Source: Nitratidesulfovibrio vulgaris str. Hildenborough (GTDB lineage Bacteria; Desulfobacterota; Desulfovibrionia; Desulfovibrionales; Desulfovibrionaceae). Taken from it: a DNA stretch of 32,000 bases. Where the stretch lies: NCBI RefSeq assembly GCF_000195755.1, contig NC_002937.3, forward strand, positions 2,910,001 to 2,942,000. The letters run 5' to 3'. The notes beneath the pieces were generated by a model, which saw nothing but the letters and a program-made list of their open reading frames with translations, had not been told where the DNA came from and did no database searches. Both the position numbers and the translations under genes were made by a program. Of the stretch, positions 8,385 through 20,366 are shown in pieces; position 1 is the first letter of the stretch, and each line of letters starts with the position of its first letter.

Positions 8385-10013
8385 CTACTTCGAAGGGCTG
8401 CCGTCTGCACTGGCAACCGCAGAGGCATCCGAAGACACCTGCCCCCCGGCTGTCTCCTGTACAGAAGGCGCGAGAGGCGGCATGGGCTCACCTCTCCAGC
8501 CTCCGCCAAGGGCCTTGAACAGCGTCAGGCGGTTGTTCTGCCGTGCAAGATGCATGGCGATGAGGTTCTGCCGCGCCACGGCATACGAGCGTTGGGCGTC
8601 GAGTTTGTCCAGATAGCCTGCGATTCCGCTCTCGTAACGCTTTGATGCAAGGCTGTAGCTGGTGGCGGTCGCCTCCACCAGAGATGTCTGCGCGCCGGTC
8701 TGCACCGCCAGCGAACGGCCCTGCGCCAGAGTGTCCGACACCTCGCGGAATGCCGTCTGCACCGCCTTCTCGTACTGGGCCACGTAGATGTCCCTGTCCG
8801 CCTCGGCGGTCTCCACTCCGGCGCGAATGGCCCCGGCATGGAAGATGGGCAACGTGACCTGCGGCACGAAACTCCACGTGTGTGCCCCGGCCCGGAACAG
8901 GTTCTCCATGTCGTTGCTGGCGTTGCCATAGCTTGCCGTCAGCCCGATACGCGGAAAGAACTGCGCCCGTGCTGCCCCGATGTTGGCGTTGGCCGCCTTG
9001 AGGGCATGTTCTGCCGCCACGACGTCGGGCCTGCGGGTGAGCACCTCCGAAGGCACCCCTGCGGGCACGTCGGCTAGCGGCACCACATCGGCAAGCCTGC
9101 GGGCAGGCACCATGTCGGGCGTCACAGGCGTACCCAGCAACAGTGCCAGCGCGTTCTCGTCCGCAGTCACCTTCGCTTCGGCAGCCGCCACATTGACACG
9201 CGCCGTATCCACGGTCGTGCGGGCGCGCGCCACATCAAGCTCACCGGCGATGCCGTGCCCGTACCGGCTTTGCACCACCTCGAACGACGCCTGTTCCGTC
9301 TCAAGTATCTCCCGCGCCAAGGCAAGCTGTTCGCGGTCAGCCACCAGCGTCAGATACGCCTGCCCCACCTCTGCCACGAGGGTCAGCTGTACGCTGCGCG
9401 CTGCGGCGTCCGTGGACAGGAACCGCTCAAGGGCCTGTTCCTTCAGGCTGCGGACGCGTCCGAACAGGTCAAGCTCATAGGCACTGAACCCCACCCCGAC
9501 CGTATAGGCATGCGAGACATAGCCTTCGCCCGTGGGAGACAGCGACTGCGCCGTGCGACCCGCATTGCCCGCACCGCTGGCGTCGATATGCGGGAACAGG
9601 TCGGCACGCGCGATGGCGTGCTGGGCACGGGCCTTCTCTATCTGGAGGACGGCCACGCGAAGGTCGCGGTTGCTGGACAGTGCCACGTCGACGAGACGCG
9701 CCATGGGCGCATCCACGACCACCTGCCGCCAGTCCGGCGTCTGCATCGCGGGCTGCGCACCGGTCGGGGCACCGGAATGTGCAAAGGCACCAGATGACCC
9801 GGCTGGTGCAGTCGCGTCGGGTGCCTGTGCCGCAACCTGCGCCACCTGACCTGCGCCCGGTGCCACATCCTGTCCGGCATTCCATGCAGAGGGCATCGCC
9901 GGTGCCGGCCGCCGGTACTCCGGGGCCAGCGTACAACCGCCAACGACCGAAAGGGTCAACGCCAATGCCGCAGCGGAGAGTGCGACACCGTTCATGCCTG
10001 TCTTACGTCTCAT
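8385..10013 (-). CDS. RND efflux outer membrane factor lipoprotein, NodT/OprM family
   Basis: It has a signal peptide plus lipobox (LSVVGGC) and two TolC-like repeats ([18 protein letters not shown]...; ...[23 protein letters not shown]). There is an ATGA overlap with the pump gene stop. Confidence 0.9.
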   Translation of the reverse strand: MRRKTGMNGVALSAAALALTLSVVGGCTLAPEYRRPAPAMPSAWNAGQDVAPGAGQVAQVAAQAPDATAPAGSSGAFAHSGAPTGAQPAMQTPDWRQVVVDAPMARLVDVALSSNRDLRVAVLQIEKARAQHAIARADLFPHIDASGAGNAGRTAQSLSPTGEGYVSHAYTVGVGFSAYELDLFGRVRSLKEQALERFLSTDAAARSVQLTLVAEVGQAYLTLVADREQLALAREILETEQASFEVVQSRYGHGIAGELDVARARTTVDTARVNVAAAEAKVTADENALALLLGTPVTPDMVPARRLADVVPLADVPAGVPSEVLTRRPDVVAAEHALKAANANIGAARAQFFPRIGLTASYGNASNDMENLFRAGAHTWSFVPQVTLPIFHAGAIRAGVETAEADRDIYVAQYEKAVQTAFREVSDTLAQGRSLAVQTGAQTSLVEATATSYSLASKRYESGIAGYLDKLDAQRSYAVARQNLIAMHLARQNNRLTLFKALGGGWRGEPMPPLAPSVQETAGGQVSSDASAVASADGSPSK

Positions 10014-13000
10014 CGTGCCACCTCGCCGGAGGCTTTCGCCTGTCCATCATCCTGCGCCGTCGCAAGGGGGTCGCCCCCATGCGCATCACTCCCGTGTCCA
10101 CCACCTTCAGGGCCACCACCACGTTTCCGCATGGCGAAGCGGTAGACCATCACGAAGAACACGGGCACGAAGTACACCGCCAGCACTGTGGCCGAGAACA
10201 TGCCTCCCATGACGCCGGTGCCGATGGCCCTCTGGCTGCCCGACCCCGCCCCGGTGCTGATGGCCATGGGCAGCACGCCCAGCAGGAAGGCCAGCGAGGT
10301 CATGAGGATGGGCCGCAGCCGCAGGCGTGCCGCCTCGGCCGTGGCATCCAGCAGGGGCCTGCCCGACTTCACGAGGTGCATGGCGAATTCCACGATGAGG
10401 ATGGCGTTCTTGGCCGCGAGGCCGATGGTGGTCAGCAGGCCCACCTGAAAGAACACGTCGTTGTTGAGACCGCGCCCGAGTGTGGCCATGAGCGCACCTA
10501 TGATGCCCAGCGGCACCACGAGGATGACCGCCGTGGGTACCGACCACGACTCGTAGAGGGCTGCAAGGCACAGGAACACCACGAGGATGGAGATGGCATA
10601 CAGTGCCGGGGCCTGCGAACCGCTCATGCGTTCCTGATAGGAAAGGCCCGTCCACGAGATGCCCACACCGGGCGGAAGCTTCGCCGCCATGTCCTCGACG
10701 GCCTGCATGGCCTCACCGGTGCTCTTGCCGGGGGCGGCGGAACCCACCAGTTCGACGGCGGGCAGACCGTTGTAGCGTTCGAGACGCGGCGACCCGTACG
10801 TCCAGCTGGCGGTCGAGAACGCCGAGAACGGCACCATGTTGCCCTGCGCGTTACGCACGTGCCAGGCGTTGATGTCTTCGGGCATCATGCGGAAGGGGGC
10901 GTCACCCTGCAGGTAGACCTTCTTGACGCGCCCGCGGTCGATGAAGTCGTTGACGTACGCACCGCCAAGGGCCGTGGAGAGCACGCCGTTGACGTCCGCC
11001 ATGGTCAGCCCGTGCGCGCCCGCCTTGGCGGCGTCCACGTCGATGCGGAATTGCGGCGTATCCTCCATCCCGTTGGGGCGCAGCACGGCGATGGCGGGGT
11101 TCTGCGCGGCCATGCCCAGAAGCTGGTTGCGCGCCTGCATGAGCGCCTCATGCCCCACGCCCTCCCTGTCCTGCAGGAAAAGGTTGAAGCCCGATGCGTT
11201 GCCGAGTTCCTGCACGGCAGGCGGCGTGAAGGCGTAGACCACCGAGTTGCGGATGCGCGAGAAGGCGCGCATGGCACGCCCGGCCACCGCCGCCGCGCTC
11301 ATGCCCTCGCCCTTGCGTTCATCCCACGGCTTGAGCTGCACGAAGGCAAGCCCCGCGTTCTGACCGCGTCCGGCAAAGCTGAAGCCCGCCACGGTGAACA
11401 GCGAGTTCACCGTCTCCTTCTCATCGACGAGGTAGTGGTGCTCCAGTTTCTTGAGCACTTCGAGGGTCTTCTCCTGTGGTGACCCCGTTGGCAGTTGCAC
11501 GAGGCTGAAGATGACGCCCTGGTCCTCTTCGGGCAGGAACGAGGTGGGCAGCCGCATGAAGAGGAATGCCGTACCCGCCAGCAGCAGCGCGTAGATGCAC
11601 ATCGTCCGGCCCACGCGACCGGTCACGCCCGTCACCTGCTTGCGGTAGCCCCGGCTGGTGCGGTCGAACATGCGGTTGAACCAGCCGAAGAAGCCACCCT
11701 GCGCCTGATGCTCGTGTTTGTGCAGGGGCTTCAGGAAGGTGGCGCACAGGGCCGGGGTGAGCACCAGCGCGACCACCACGGACAGGGTCATGGCAGAGAC
11801 GATGGTGAGTGAGAACTGACGGTAGATGACACCCGACGAACCCTTGATGAACGCCATGGGGATGAACACCGCCGAAAGCACCAGCGCGATGCCCACCAGT
11901 GCCCCGGTGATTTCGCCCATGGACTTGCGGGTGGCCTCGCGAGGGGGCAGCCCCTCCTCGGTCATGATGCGTTCGACGTTCTCGACCACGACGATGGCGT
12001 CGTCCACCAGCAGGCCGATGGCGAGCACCACGCCGAACATGGTCAGCATGTTGATGGAGAAGCCGAAGGCAGCAAGCGCCCCGAAGGTGCCGAGAAGCAC
12101 GACCGGAACGGCGATGGTGGGGATGATGGTGGCACGGATGTTCTGGAGGAACAGGTACATGACGAGGAACACCAGCACGATGGCCTCGGCCAGCGTCTTG
12201 ACCACCTCTTCGATGCTCACGCGCACGAAGGGGGTGGTGTCGTAAGGGAAGACGCAGCGGATGCCTTCCGGCAGGTTCTTGGCCAGACCTTCCATGGTGG
12301 TACGCACACGCTTGACCGTGTCCAGCGCGTTGGCCCCGGTCGCCAGCTTGATGGCGATACCGGTGGAGGGCTTGCCGTTGAAGTGCGAGACGGCGTCGTA
12401 GTTCTCGCTGCCAAGTTCTACCCGTGCGACATCGGCAAGGCGCACCGTCGAGCCATCCTGTTCCACGCGCAGCACGATGCGCTCGAACTGCTCGCGCGTC
12501 TGCAACAGCGACTGCGAGAGGATGGTGAAGCTCATCCCCTGTCCGGGCACGGCAGGCGTACCGCCTATCTGCCCCACCGATATCTGGGTGTTCTGGGCGG
12601 TGATGGCGCTACGCACATCCGCGGGGGTCATCCTGTAGTTCATGAGCTTGTGCGGGTCTAGCCACACGCGCATGGCGTACTGTGCGCCGAAGAGCTGCGT
12701 CTCGCCCACGCCGTCCACACGGCTGATGGGGTCGAGCAGGTAGGTGGCGGCATAGTCGCTGAGGTCGCGCCCCGTCAGGGACGGGTCGTCCGACGCCAGC
12801 GCGATGATCATCAGAAAGCTCGACGTGCTCTTGTTCACCGTGATGCCCTGCCGCTGCACGGCCTCGGGCAGCATGGGCGTGGCCAGCGCAAGCTTGTTCT
12901 GCACCTGCACCTGCGCGATGTCGGGGTCGGTGCTGGCGTCGAAGGTCAGGGTGATGGAGACCTGCCCTGTGGCGTCACTGGTGGACGACATGTAGCGCAG

Positions 13001-13222
13001 GCTGTCGATGCCCTTCATCTTCTGTTCGATGACCTGCGTGACCGTGTCTTCGACGGTCTTGGCCGAGGCACCGGGATACGAGGCACTGATGTTGACCGAT
13101 GTGGGCGCTATTTTGGGATACTGCGAGACGGGCAGGCTCAGAATCGACAGGGCCCCCGCCAGCATGATGATGATGGCGATGACCCACGCGAAGACGGGCC
13201 TGTCTATGAAGAATCTTGCCAT
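10010..13222 (-). CDS. RND inner-membrane multidrug efflux pump, AcrB/MexB (HAE1) family
   Basis: 1070 aa. The N-terminus is the canonical [23 protein letters not shown], and the 12-TM / two-large-loop architecture is recognisable throughout. Confidence 0.95.
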   Translation of the reverse strand: MARFFIDRPVFAWVIAIIIMLAGALSILSLPVSQYPKIAPTSVNISASYPGASAKTVEDTVTQVIEQKMKGIDSLRYMSSTSDATGQVSITLTFDASTDPDIAQVQVQNKLALATPMLPEAVQRQGITVNKSTSSFLMIIALASDDPSLTGRDLSDYAATYLLDPISRVDGVGETQLFGAQYAMRVWLDPHKLMNYRMTPADVRSAITAQNTQISVGQIGGTPAVPGQGMSFTILSQSLLQTREQFERIVLRVEQDGSTVRLADVARVELGSENYDAVSHFNGKPSTGIAIKLATGANALDTVKRVRTTMEGLAKNLPEGIRCVFPYDTTPFVRVSIEEVVKTLAEAIVLVFLVMYLFLQNIRATIIPTIAVPVVLLGTFGALAAFGFSINMLTMFGVVLAIGLLVDDAIVVVENVERIMTEEGLPPREATRKSMGEITGALVGIALVLSAVFIPMAFIKGSSGVIYRQFSLTIVSAMTLSVVVALVLTPALCATFLKPLHKHEHQAQGGFFGWFNRMFDRTSRGYRKQVTGVTGRVGRTMCIYALLLAGTAFLFMRLPTSFLPEEDQGVIFSLVQLPTGSPQEKTLEVLKKLEHHYLVDEKETVNSLFTVAGFSFAGRGQNAGLAFVQLKPWDERKGEGMSAAAVAGRAMRAFSRIRNSVVYAFTPPAVQELGNASGFNLFLQDREGVGHEALMQARNQLLGMAAQNPAIAVLRPNGMEDTPQFRIDVDAAKAGAHGLTMADVNGVLSTALGGAYVNDFIDRGRVKKVYLQGDAPFRMMPEDINAWHVRNAQGNMVPFSAFSTASWTYGSPRLERYNGLPAVELVGSAAPGKSTGEAMQAVEDMAAKLPPGVGISWTGLSYQERMSGSQAPALYAISILVVFLCLAALYESWSVPTAVILVVPLGIIGALMATLGRGLNNDVFFQVGLLTTIGLAAKNAILIVEFAMHLVKSGRPLLDATAEAARLRLRPILMTSLAFLLGVLPMAISTGAGSGSQRAIGTGVMGGMFSATVLAVYFVPVFFVMVYRFAMRKRGGGPEGGGHGSDAHGGDPLATAQDDGQAKASGEVAR

Positions 13223-13237
13223 GACGGACGCTCCCGC

Positions 13238-14509
13238 CTACTGCTTGGCGGCTGGGGCCGCGCCTGTCGTTGCGTTCCCGGCGGAAGCCGCCCCTGCCGG
13301 GGCTGCCGGTGCGGGGGCAGGGGCCGTTGCGGAGGCCGCTGCTGATGCCGGTGGTGAACCGGCGTCCACGACACGCACCTTCGCACCGGGGCGAATCTTC
13401 TGAAGTCCTTCCACGATGACACGGTCGCCTTCTGCAAGCCCGTCGCCCACCAGCCAGTCCGAACCCACGACACGCTCGACACGGATGGAACGACGTTCGA
13501 CCGTATTCCCGGCCGAGACGAGCATCACCACCGGATTCCCCTTGGAATCACGGGTGACGGCGGCCTGCGGCACGAGGATGGCGTGCTCGTTCACGCCCTC
13601 TTCGAGCACCGCACGCACATACAGCCCCGGCAGCAGGTCGCGCCGGGGGTTGGGGAACAGGGCCCGCAGGGTCACCACACTGGTGCCGGGGTCTACGGTG
13701 ATGTCCGAAAACTGCAACGCCCCTTCCTGCGCGTAGGTGGTGCCATCCTCGAACAGCAGCTTCACCTTCGCGCCGTCAGCCCCTGCCTTGCGCAACTTGC
13801 CGTCGGCAAGTGCACGCCGCAGCCGCAACAGGTCGCCCGTGGACTGGGTGACGTCCACATAGACCGGGTCGGTCTGCTGTACCGTGGCAAGCGGCGTTGC
13901 CTGATTGGCGGTGACAAGGGCACCGGGCGTCACCGACGACCTGCCGATGCGACCGGAGACTGGGGCGGTCACGCGGGTGTACTCGAGGTCGATGCGGGCC
14001 TTCTGCACTGCGGCCCTAGCAGCTGCCACTTCAGCCTTGGCCTGCCCGTAGGCGGCCTGCGCATCGTCGTTGTCCTGCTTGCTCACGCCGTTCACCTTCA
14101 CGAGGTCGGCATAGCGTCCGGCCTTGAGACGCGCCGGTTCGAGGGCCGCCTCCGCACGGGCGAGCGATGCCAGCGCGCTGTCATGCGCGGCGCGGTATAC
14201 GGCGGGGTCGATCTGATACAGGACATCGCCCGCCTTCACGTCAGCCCCTTCGCGGAAAAGGCGTTTCTGGATGATGCCACCCACCTGCGGTCGCACCTCG
14301 GAGACGAGCAGGGCCGAAATGCGCCCCGGAAGCTCTGTGGTGAGCGTCACGGGACGGGGCCGCACGACCACCGTGGCGACCTCGGGTTCCGGCGCGGGGC
14401 CAGTGGCACGTTGCTCCTGATTGCATCCGGCGAGCACCGCCACCAGCATGACGAGCACGATCAAGAGAGTGTTTCTCGATTTGTCACGCATCTGTTCTGA
14501 ACCTTTCAT
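13238..14509 (-). CDS. RND periplasmic adaptor (membrane fusion protein, AcrA/MexA family) lipoprotein with an Ala/Pro-rich C-terminal tail
   Basis: The start is MKGSEQMRDKSRNTLLIVLVMLVAVLAGC (lipobox LAGC). An alternative start at 14491 (MRDKS) has an AAAGG ribosome-binding site. HlyD-type hairpin and barrel motifs are present. The track ORF to 14782 is an over-extension through a Cys-rich, non-protein-like leader. Confidence 0.9.
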   Translation of the reverse strand: MKGSEQMRDKSRNTLLIVLVMLVAVLAGCNQEQRATGPAPEPEVATVVVRPRPVTLTTELPGRISALLVSEVRPQVGGIIQKRLFREGADVKAGDVLYQIDPAVYRAAHDSALASLARAEAALEPARLKAGRYADLVKVNGVSKQDNDDAQAAYGQAKAEVAAARAAVQKARIDLEYTRVTAPVSGRIGRSSVTPGALVTANQATPLATVQQTDPVYVDVTQSTGDLLRLRRALADGKLRKAGADGAKVKLLFEDGTTYAQEGALQFSDITVDPGTSVVTLRALFPNPRRDLLPGLYVRAVLEEGVNEHAILVPQAAVTRDSKGNPVVMLVSAGNTVERRSIRVERVVGSDWLVGDGLAEGDRVIVEGLQKIRPGAKVRVVDAGSPPASAAASATAPAPAPAAPAGAASAGNATTGAAPAAKQ

Positions 14510-14853
14510 GGATTGATTTGTTGCGCCGTCTTCCGGTGGACACCTTCGTGCCACCTCGCATCGACCTACGGATTGCAAGGCATCTGTCCGCCCACACCCG
14601 TGCTGAACCCGGCAGCGGCATGGTTCCAGTGGGCATGGCGGGCGTGAACAGTACATGTAGAGACATGCGGCACGGGAAAGTGTGGTGAACTCTCCTCTCC
14701 GCTTTCGGCACCACGCAAACATATGCTGCGCTTCCACCACTCCATGCGGTAGGCAGCACAACATCCTTGCGGACAAAAGCACACGATATCGAATAATTAT
14801 AAAACAAGAACAAAGAATTCAGCTTGCACTGGCGTCCCTTCCCCTGTACTTTA

Positions 14854-14874
14854 TTGACCGTACAGTACGGTTAA
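14854..14874. promoter_or_regulatory. Candidate TetR operator: near-perfect 21-bp palindrome TTGACCGTAC-A-GTACGGTTAA
   Basis: Read directly. The core ACCGTAC-A-GTACGGT is perfect and the outer arms match 9/10. It sits in the divergent tetR / RND control region, 35-90 bp upstream of the possible tetR starts. Confidence 0.55.
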
Positions 14875-14908
14875 GACAAGGGCCTGTCAACGTCCTTCCA
14901 AGTCGGGT

Positions 14909-15556
14909 ATGACGGTGACAGACACACCATACGCACAGGAGATGCCCATGGCGCTAGGCCGCCCCCCACGTGATAGAAGGTCGGAAATCATCGAGATAGC
15001 AGGCCCCCTGTTCCTAGAGCATGGCTATCAGGGCACGTCCATGTCCCGCATAGCCGCCGCCCTTGGCGGGTCGAAGGGCACTCTCTACGCCTACTTCGAC
15101 AGCAAGGAAGCCCTCTTCGAAGCCTACATGGAAGACAGGGTCCGCCAGCGCGGGGCCGCCGTGTTCAACCTGCCGCCCCACCCCGCCGACCTGCACGACG
15201 TACTGCGCCTGCTGGGCAAGCGGTATCTCGGCCTCATCACCGACGAGGTATCGCTGGCACTGGTACGACTCCTCTACCACGAAGCCCCGCGCTTCCCGGA
15301 AATCGGGCGTATCTTCTACGAGACCTGCATCCTGCGCGGGCGACGCCACCTTGCCGAATACCTCAAGCGTGCGGATGAGCACGGCGCACTCCGCATCCCT
15401 GATGCCGAGGTCGCTGCCCAGCATTTTCTCGCCCTGTGCCAAGCCACCCTCTCCATGCCCGTGATGCTGTGCATCAAGGACGTCATCACGGAAGAAGAGA
15501 CTGAACGGGCCGTGGAATCGGCGGTTTCGGTCTTTCTCGCCGCCTACGCCATCTAG
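14909..15556 (+). CDS. TetR/AcrR-family transcriptional repressor
   Basis: The N-terminal HTH is EIIEIAGPLFLEHGYQGTSMSRIAAALGGSKGTLYAYFDSKEALF. The gene is divergent from the RND operon. Starts at 14942 or 14948 are equally possible (AGGAG at 14936-14940). Confidence 0.85.
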   Translation: MTVTDTPYAQEMPMALGRPPRDRRSEIIEIAGPLFLEHGYQGTSMSRIAAALGGSKGTLYAYFDSKEALFEAYMEDRVRQRGAAVFNLPPHPADLHDVLRLLGKRYLGLITDEVSLALVRLLYHEAPRFPEIGRIFYETCILRGRRHLAEYLKRADEHGALRIPDAEVAAQHFLALCQATLSMPVMLCIKDVITEEETERAVESAVSVFLAAYAI

Positions 15557-15675
15557 GCCCCTCGCATGAGGCCTGACAGTCGCCTTACGCGCGGCGATGC
15601 AGCACAGCCCTGTCCATTGGCATCCCCGGCCTCTACATGACGGGGGACCTCAGGACGATAGCCCCTGCAACAGAA

Positions 15676-15697
15676 AGGGCCGCCCGAAGGCGGCCCT
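15676..15697 (-). terminator. Hairpin AGGGCCGCC-CGAA-GGCGGCCCT, followed on the minus strand by TTCTGTT
   Basis: A perfect 9-bp stem, 47 nt downstream of the amidohydrolase-like stop. It may also serve the convergent tetR gene. Confidence 0.55.
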
Positions 15698-15743
15698 GTG
15701 ACGCGATGACCTGTGTCAGGTTCAGACTTGATACGACGGCAGG

Positions 15744-16580
15744 CTACGCTTCGATGCCGAGCACCTTGCACGCGTTCGCGTACATGACCTTGTGCCGGGC
15801 CTCGTCGCTGAGCGGCATACGGGCGTAGACTTCAAGGGCGTCGGCCTGTTCGATGAACGGATGCGCGCTGGCGAACACCACCTTGTCCTGAATGATGCCG
15901 TTCATGGCCTGAATGTAGGCTTCTGCCATGGGTGCCTGTTCGTACTCCGAGCAGTCCATGTAGACGTTGGCGTTGCGCAGGCAGGCGAAGATGGCTTCGT
16001 TCACGAAGGGGTATCCGCCGTGGCTCATGACGATGCGCAACTCCGGGAAGTCGCGGGCGACGATGTCCACATGCCGCGGGTCGGTGTAGTCCATGACGGC
16101 CCCGGCCACCTGGGGCGGCGGCGCGGTGGTGATGAACACCGGCACATTGAGGTCGCAGCACGCGGCATAGATGGGGTAGTAGCGGGCATCGTCGGGGCGC
16201 AGGTGTGCAAGGTAGGGGTCGATGGAGGCACCGCGCATGCCGAGTTCGTTCACTGCATGACGCAGTTCACGCACGGCGGCCATGCCCTTGTGCGGGTCAA
16301 GCCCCCAGAATCCGATGAACCGCTCGGGATAGGCGCGGCAGAACGCCAGCACGCTGCCGTTGTTCGCCGGAGAACCGTACGTGGTCTCGCTGTCGCGCCC
16401 GGAGATGACAGAGAGGACGACCCCGCGCTTGTCGAGGTCTTCCACAATCTGTTCAAGGGGCTGGGGCTGACGCTTTTCGAACCCTATGGCCTTGCAGGCC
16501 GCCCTGAACATGTTGCTGTTGGCGATACCTGAAATGATTTCGGGCGTATTGGGGCGAAAACGAAAATCGATGACCTTCAT
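15744..16580 (-). CDS. Amidohydrolase_2 (TIM-barrel, ACMSD/LigI-like) superfamily protein with non-canonical active-site motifs
   Basis: 278 aa, with an AAGGAG ribosome-binding site. The overall pattern matches the family (...GVVLSVISG..., RIVMSHGGYPF, KVVFASAHPF). The N-terminal motif is IDFRFRP instead of IDxHxH, and the beta-8 GSDxP motif is replaced by ASAHP. Confidence 0.8.
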   Translation of the reverse strand: MKVIDFRFRPNTPEIISGIANSNMFRAACKAIGFEKRQPQPLEQIVEDLDKRGVVLSVISGRDSETTYGSPANNGSVLAFCRAYPERFIGFWGLDPHKGMAAVRELRHAVNELGMRGASIDPYLAHLRPDDARYYPIYAACCDLNVPVFITTAPPPQVAGAVMDYTDPRHVDIVARDFPELRIVMSHGGYPFVNEAIFACLRNANVYMDCSEYEQAPMAEAYIQAMNGIIQDKVVFASAHPFIEQADALEVYARMPLSDEARHKVMYANACKVLGIEA

Positions 16581-16608
16581 GCTGGGCTCCTTGAGGGTTG
16601 ATGCATAA

Positions 16609-18276
<1,668 letters not shown>

Positions 18277-18287
18277 CATGCAGACCG

Positions 18288-18310
18288 GGCCGGCGGCACC
18301 GCCGCCGGCC
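18288..18310 (+). other. Intercistronic GC hairpin (GGCCGGCGG-loop-CCGCCGGCC) between dctP and dctQM
   Basis: A perfect 9-bp stem read directly, with no U-tract. Confidence 0.6.
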
Positions 18311-18356
18311 ACGGGTACGCAACGCGCGTTCCAGTCTCAGTCATCAAGAGGTCACC

Positions 18357-20261
18357 ATGTCGAATCCCCAGAACATGTCCATCCTGGACGCCCAAGGCGA
18401 ATGCGGCGGCGCACACATGGCCACCCGCCCCGGCATCCTCGGCTGGCTCGACGCAAACTTCGAGAAGCCCTTCCTTGCGGTGGGCATGCTCGCCATCATC
18501 TTCATCATCACCTTCCAGACCCTGTACCGCTACATCGGCGTACACATGCACGAAGGGGCGTCTGCCGCCATCTGGACCGAAGAGATGGCCCGCTTCATCT
18601 TCATCTGGATATCCTACCTCGCCCTGCCGGTTGCCATCCGCAACCGGTCGAGCATCCGGGTGGACATCATCTACGACCGCCTGCCCAAGCGTTTTCAGGA
18701 AATGTCGTGGGTCGTGGTCGACCTGTGCTTCCTCGTGCTGGCAGGCACCGTGCTGTGGCAGTCGCTCGACCTCATCAAGATGCAGATCGAGTTTCCGCAG
18801 ACGACCCCTGCCCTCCAGATTTCCTACTACATCCCCTATCTGGTGCTGCCCGTGAGCTTCGGTCTCATGGCGCTCCGCCTCGTCGAAGACCTTTTCGCAC
18901 AGGCCCGCGTCTGCGGCCTCAAGGACACCCTGCTCGCGCTGGCCGCCTGTGCGGCCCTCGCCGCCCCCGTAATGCTGGCCGAAGACCTCGAGCCTCTGCC
19001 CGTCCTCTTCGGTTACTTCGCCATCTTCCTCGCCGTGGGCGTGCCCATCGCCATCGGCCTCGGCCTTGCAGCACTGGCGACCATCATCGCCGCCGGGACC
19101 CTGCCCATCGAATACATCGCGCAGGTGGCCTTCACCTCCATCGACAGCTTCCCCATCATGGCCATCCCCTTCTTCATCGCTGCCGGGGTGTTCATGGGCG
19201 CGGGCGGTCTCTCGCGCAGGCTTCTCACTCTTGCCGACGAGATGCTGGGTTCGCTGCATGGCGGCATGGCCCTCGCCACCATCGGCACCTGCATGTTCTT
19301 CGCCGCCATCAGCGGGTCCGGCCCCGCCACCGTCGCTGCCATCGGGTCGCTCACCATCCCCGCCATGGTCGAGCGCGGCTACGACAAGTACTTCTCCGCC
19401 GCAGTGGTGGCAGCCGCCGGTGCCATCGGCGTCATGATTCCCCCCAGCAACCCCTTCGTGGTCTACGGCGTCTCGGCGCAGGTCTCCATCGGGAAGCTCT
19501 TTCTGGGCGGCATCGTGCCCGGAGTGCTCACCGGTCTGGCCCTCATGGTCTACAGCTACTGGTACTCCAAGAAGCGCGGCTGGAAGGGCGAAGTGCGCGT
19601 GCGCAACCTCAGGACCTTCACCAGGGCCCTGTGGGACGCCAAGTGGGCCCTCATGGTTCCGGTCATCGTCCTCGGCGGCATCTACGGCGGCATCATGACC
19701 CCCACCGAAGCCGCAGCGCTGGCCGCCTTCTACGGACTGTTCGTGGGCTGCTTCATCCACCGCGAACTCAACTGCGGCAGCCTCTACGACTGCATCGTCG
19801 AAGCAGCAGGCACCTCGGCCGTCGTCATCGTGCTCATGGCCATGGCCACCATCTTCGGCAACATCATGACCATCGAAGAGGTGCCCACCGCCATCGCCAC
19901 CGCGATGCTCAACCTCACCGAGAACAAGATAGCCATCCTGATGCTCATCAACGTGCTGCTCATCGTCATCGGCACGTTCATGGAAGCACTGGCGGCCATC
20001 GTCATCCTCACCCCCATCCTGCTGCCCATCGTGCTGAAGGTGGGTGTCGACCCCGTGCACTTCGGCGTCATCATGGTGGTCAACCTCGCCATCGGCTTCG
20101 TGCCCCCGCCCGTGGGCGTGAACCTCTTCGTCGCCAGCGGCGTGGCCCACGCCAAGATAGAGCACCTCTCCAAGGTGGTCATGCCGCTCATCGCCATCAT
20201 GATAGGCGTGCTGCTGCTCATCACCTACGTTCCGGCCCTCCCGATGTTCCTCGCGGAGTAG
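18357..20261 (+). CDS. TRAP transporter fused small/large permease (DctQ-DctM fusion)
   Basis: AAGAGG ribosome-binding site; 634 aa. The N-terminal 4-TM DctQ-like part is followed by a DctM-like polytopic domain (IPFFIAAGVFMGAGGLS..., FFAAISGSGPATVAAIGS...). Confidence 0.9.
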   Translation: MSNPQNMSILDAQGECGGAHMATRPGILGWLDANFEKPFLAVGMLAIIFIITFQTLYRYIGVHMHEGASAAIWTEEMARFIFIWISYLALPVAIRNRSSIRVDIIYDRLPKRFQEMSWVVVDLCFLVLAGTVLWQSLDLIKMQIEFPQTTPALQISYYIPYLVLPVSFGLMALRLVEDLFAQARVCGLKDTLLALAACAALAAPVMLAEDLEPLPVLFGYFAIFLAVGVPIAIGLGLAALATIIAAGTLPIEYIAQVAFTSIDSFPIMAIPFFIAAGVFMGAGGLSRRLLTLADEMLGSLHGGMALATIGTCMFFAAISGSGPATVAAIGSLTIPAMVERGYDKYFSAAVVAAAGAIGVMIPPSNPFVVYGVSAQVSIGKLFLGGIVPGVLTGLALMVYSYWYSKKRGWKGEVRVRNLRTFTRALWDAKWALMVPVIVLGGIYGGIMTPTEAAALAAFYGLFVGCFIHRELNCGSLYDCIVEAAGTSAVVIVLMAMATIFGNIMTIEEVPTAIATAMLNLTENKIAILMLINVLLIVIGTFMEALAAIVILTPILLPIVLKVGVDPVHFGVIMVVNLAIGFVPPPVGVNLFVASGVAHAKIEHLSKVVMPLIAIMIGVLLLITYVPALPMFLAE

Positions 20262-20287
20262 CGGGACAGACAAGACGTGAAACAGGC

Positions 20288-20316
20288 ACCGGGTGCACAG
20301 GCATACCGCACCCGGT
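20288..20316 (+). other. Intercistronic hairpin ACCGGGTGC-N11-GCACCCGGT between dctQM and the GRE gene
   Basis: A perfect 9-bp inverted repeat read directly, with no U-tract. Confidence 0.55.
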
Positions 20317-20366
20317 CGCCCCGGCATACCCAGTACATCCTCACAAGCCTCTCAAGGAGAAGACAC

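Noticed and set aside
7977-8616. Two overlapping + strand ORFs (124 aa and 180 aa) and a 68-aa - strand ORF in the gap between fdhA and the RND operon.
   Set aside because: None has a Shine-Dalgarno sequence. Their composition is Arg/Gly/Pro/Cys-rich. The 124-aa ORF runs through the 11-bp terminator hairpin (8312-8336) before its stop. I treat the region as non-coding, while noting that a small gene cannot be fully excluded without expression data.
13238-13370. A low-complexity Ala/Pro/Ser tract at the C-terminus of the RND adaptor (...PPASAAASATAPAPAPAAPAGAASAGNATTGAAPAAKQ), and a similar tail on ExbB (1090-1226).
   Set aside because: Such disordered tails are common in high-GC periplasmic and membrane proteins. 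There is no periodic nucleotide repeat or other signal suggesting a separate feature.
20281-20300. A GGCACC...TGCAC stretch upstream of the GRE gene that might be an internal sigma-54 promoter.
   Set aside because: The GG to GC spacing is 8 nt, not 10. The sequence is better explained as the left arm of the 9-bp intercistronic hairpin.
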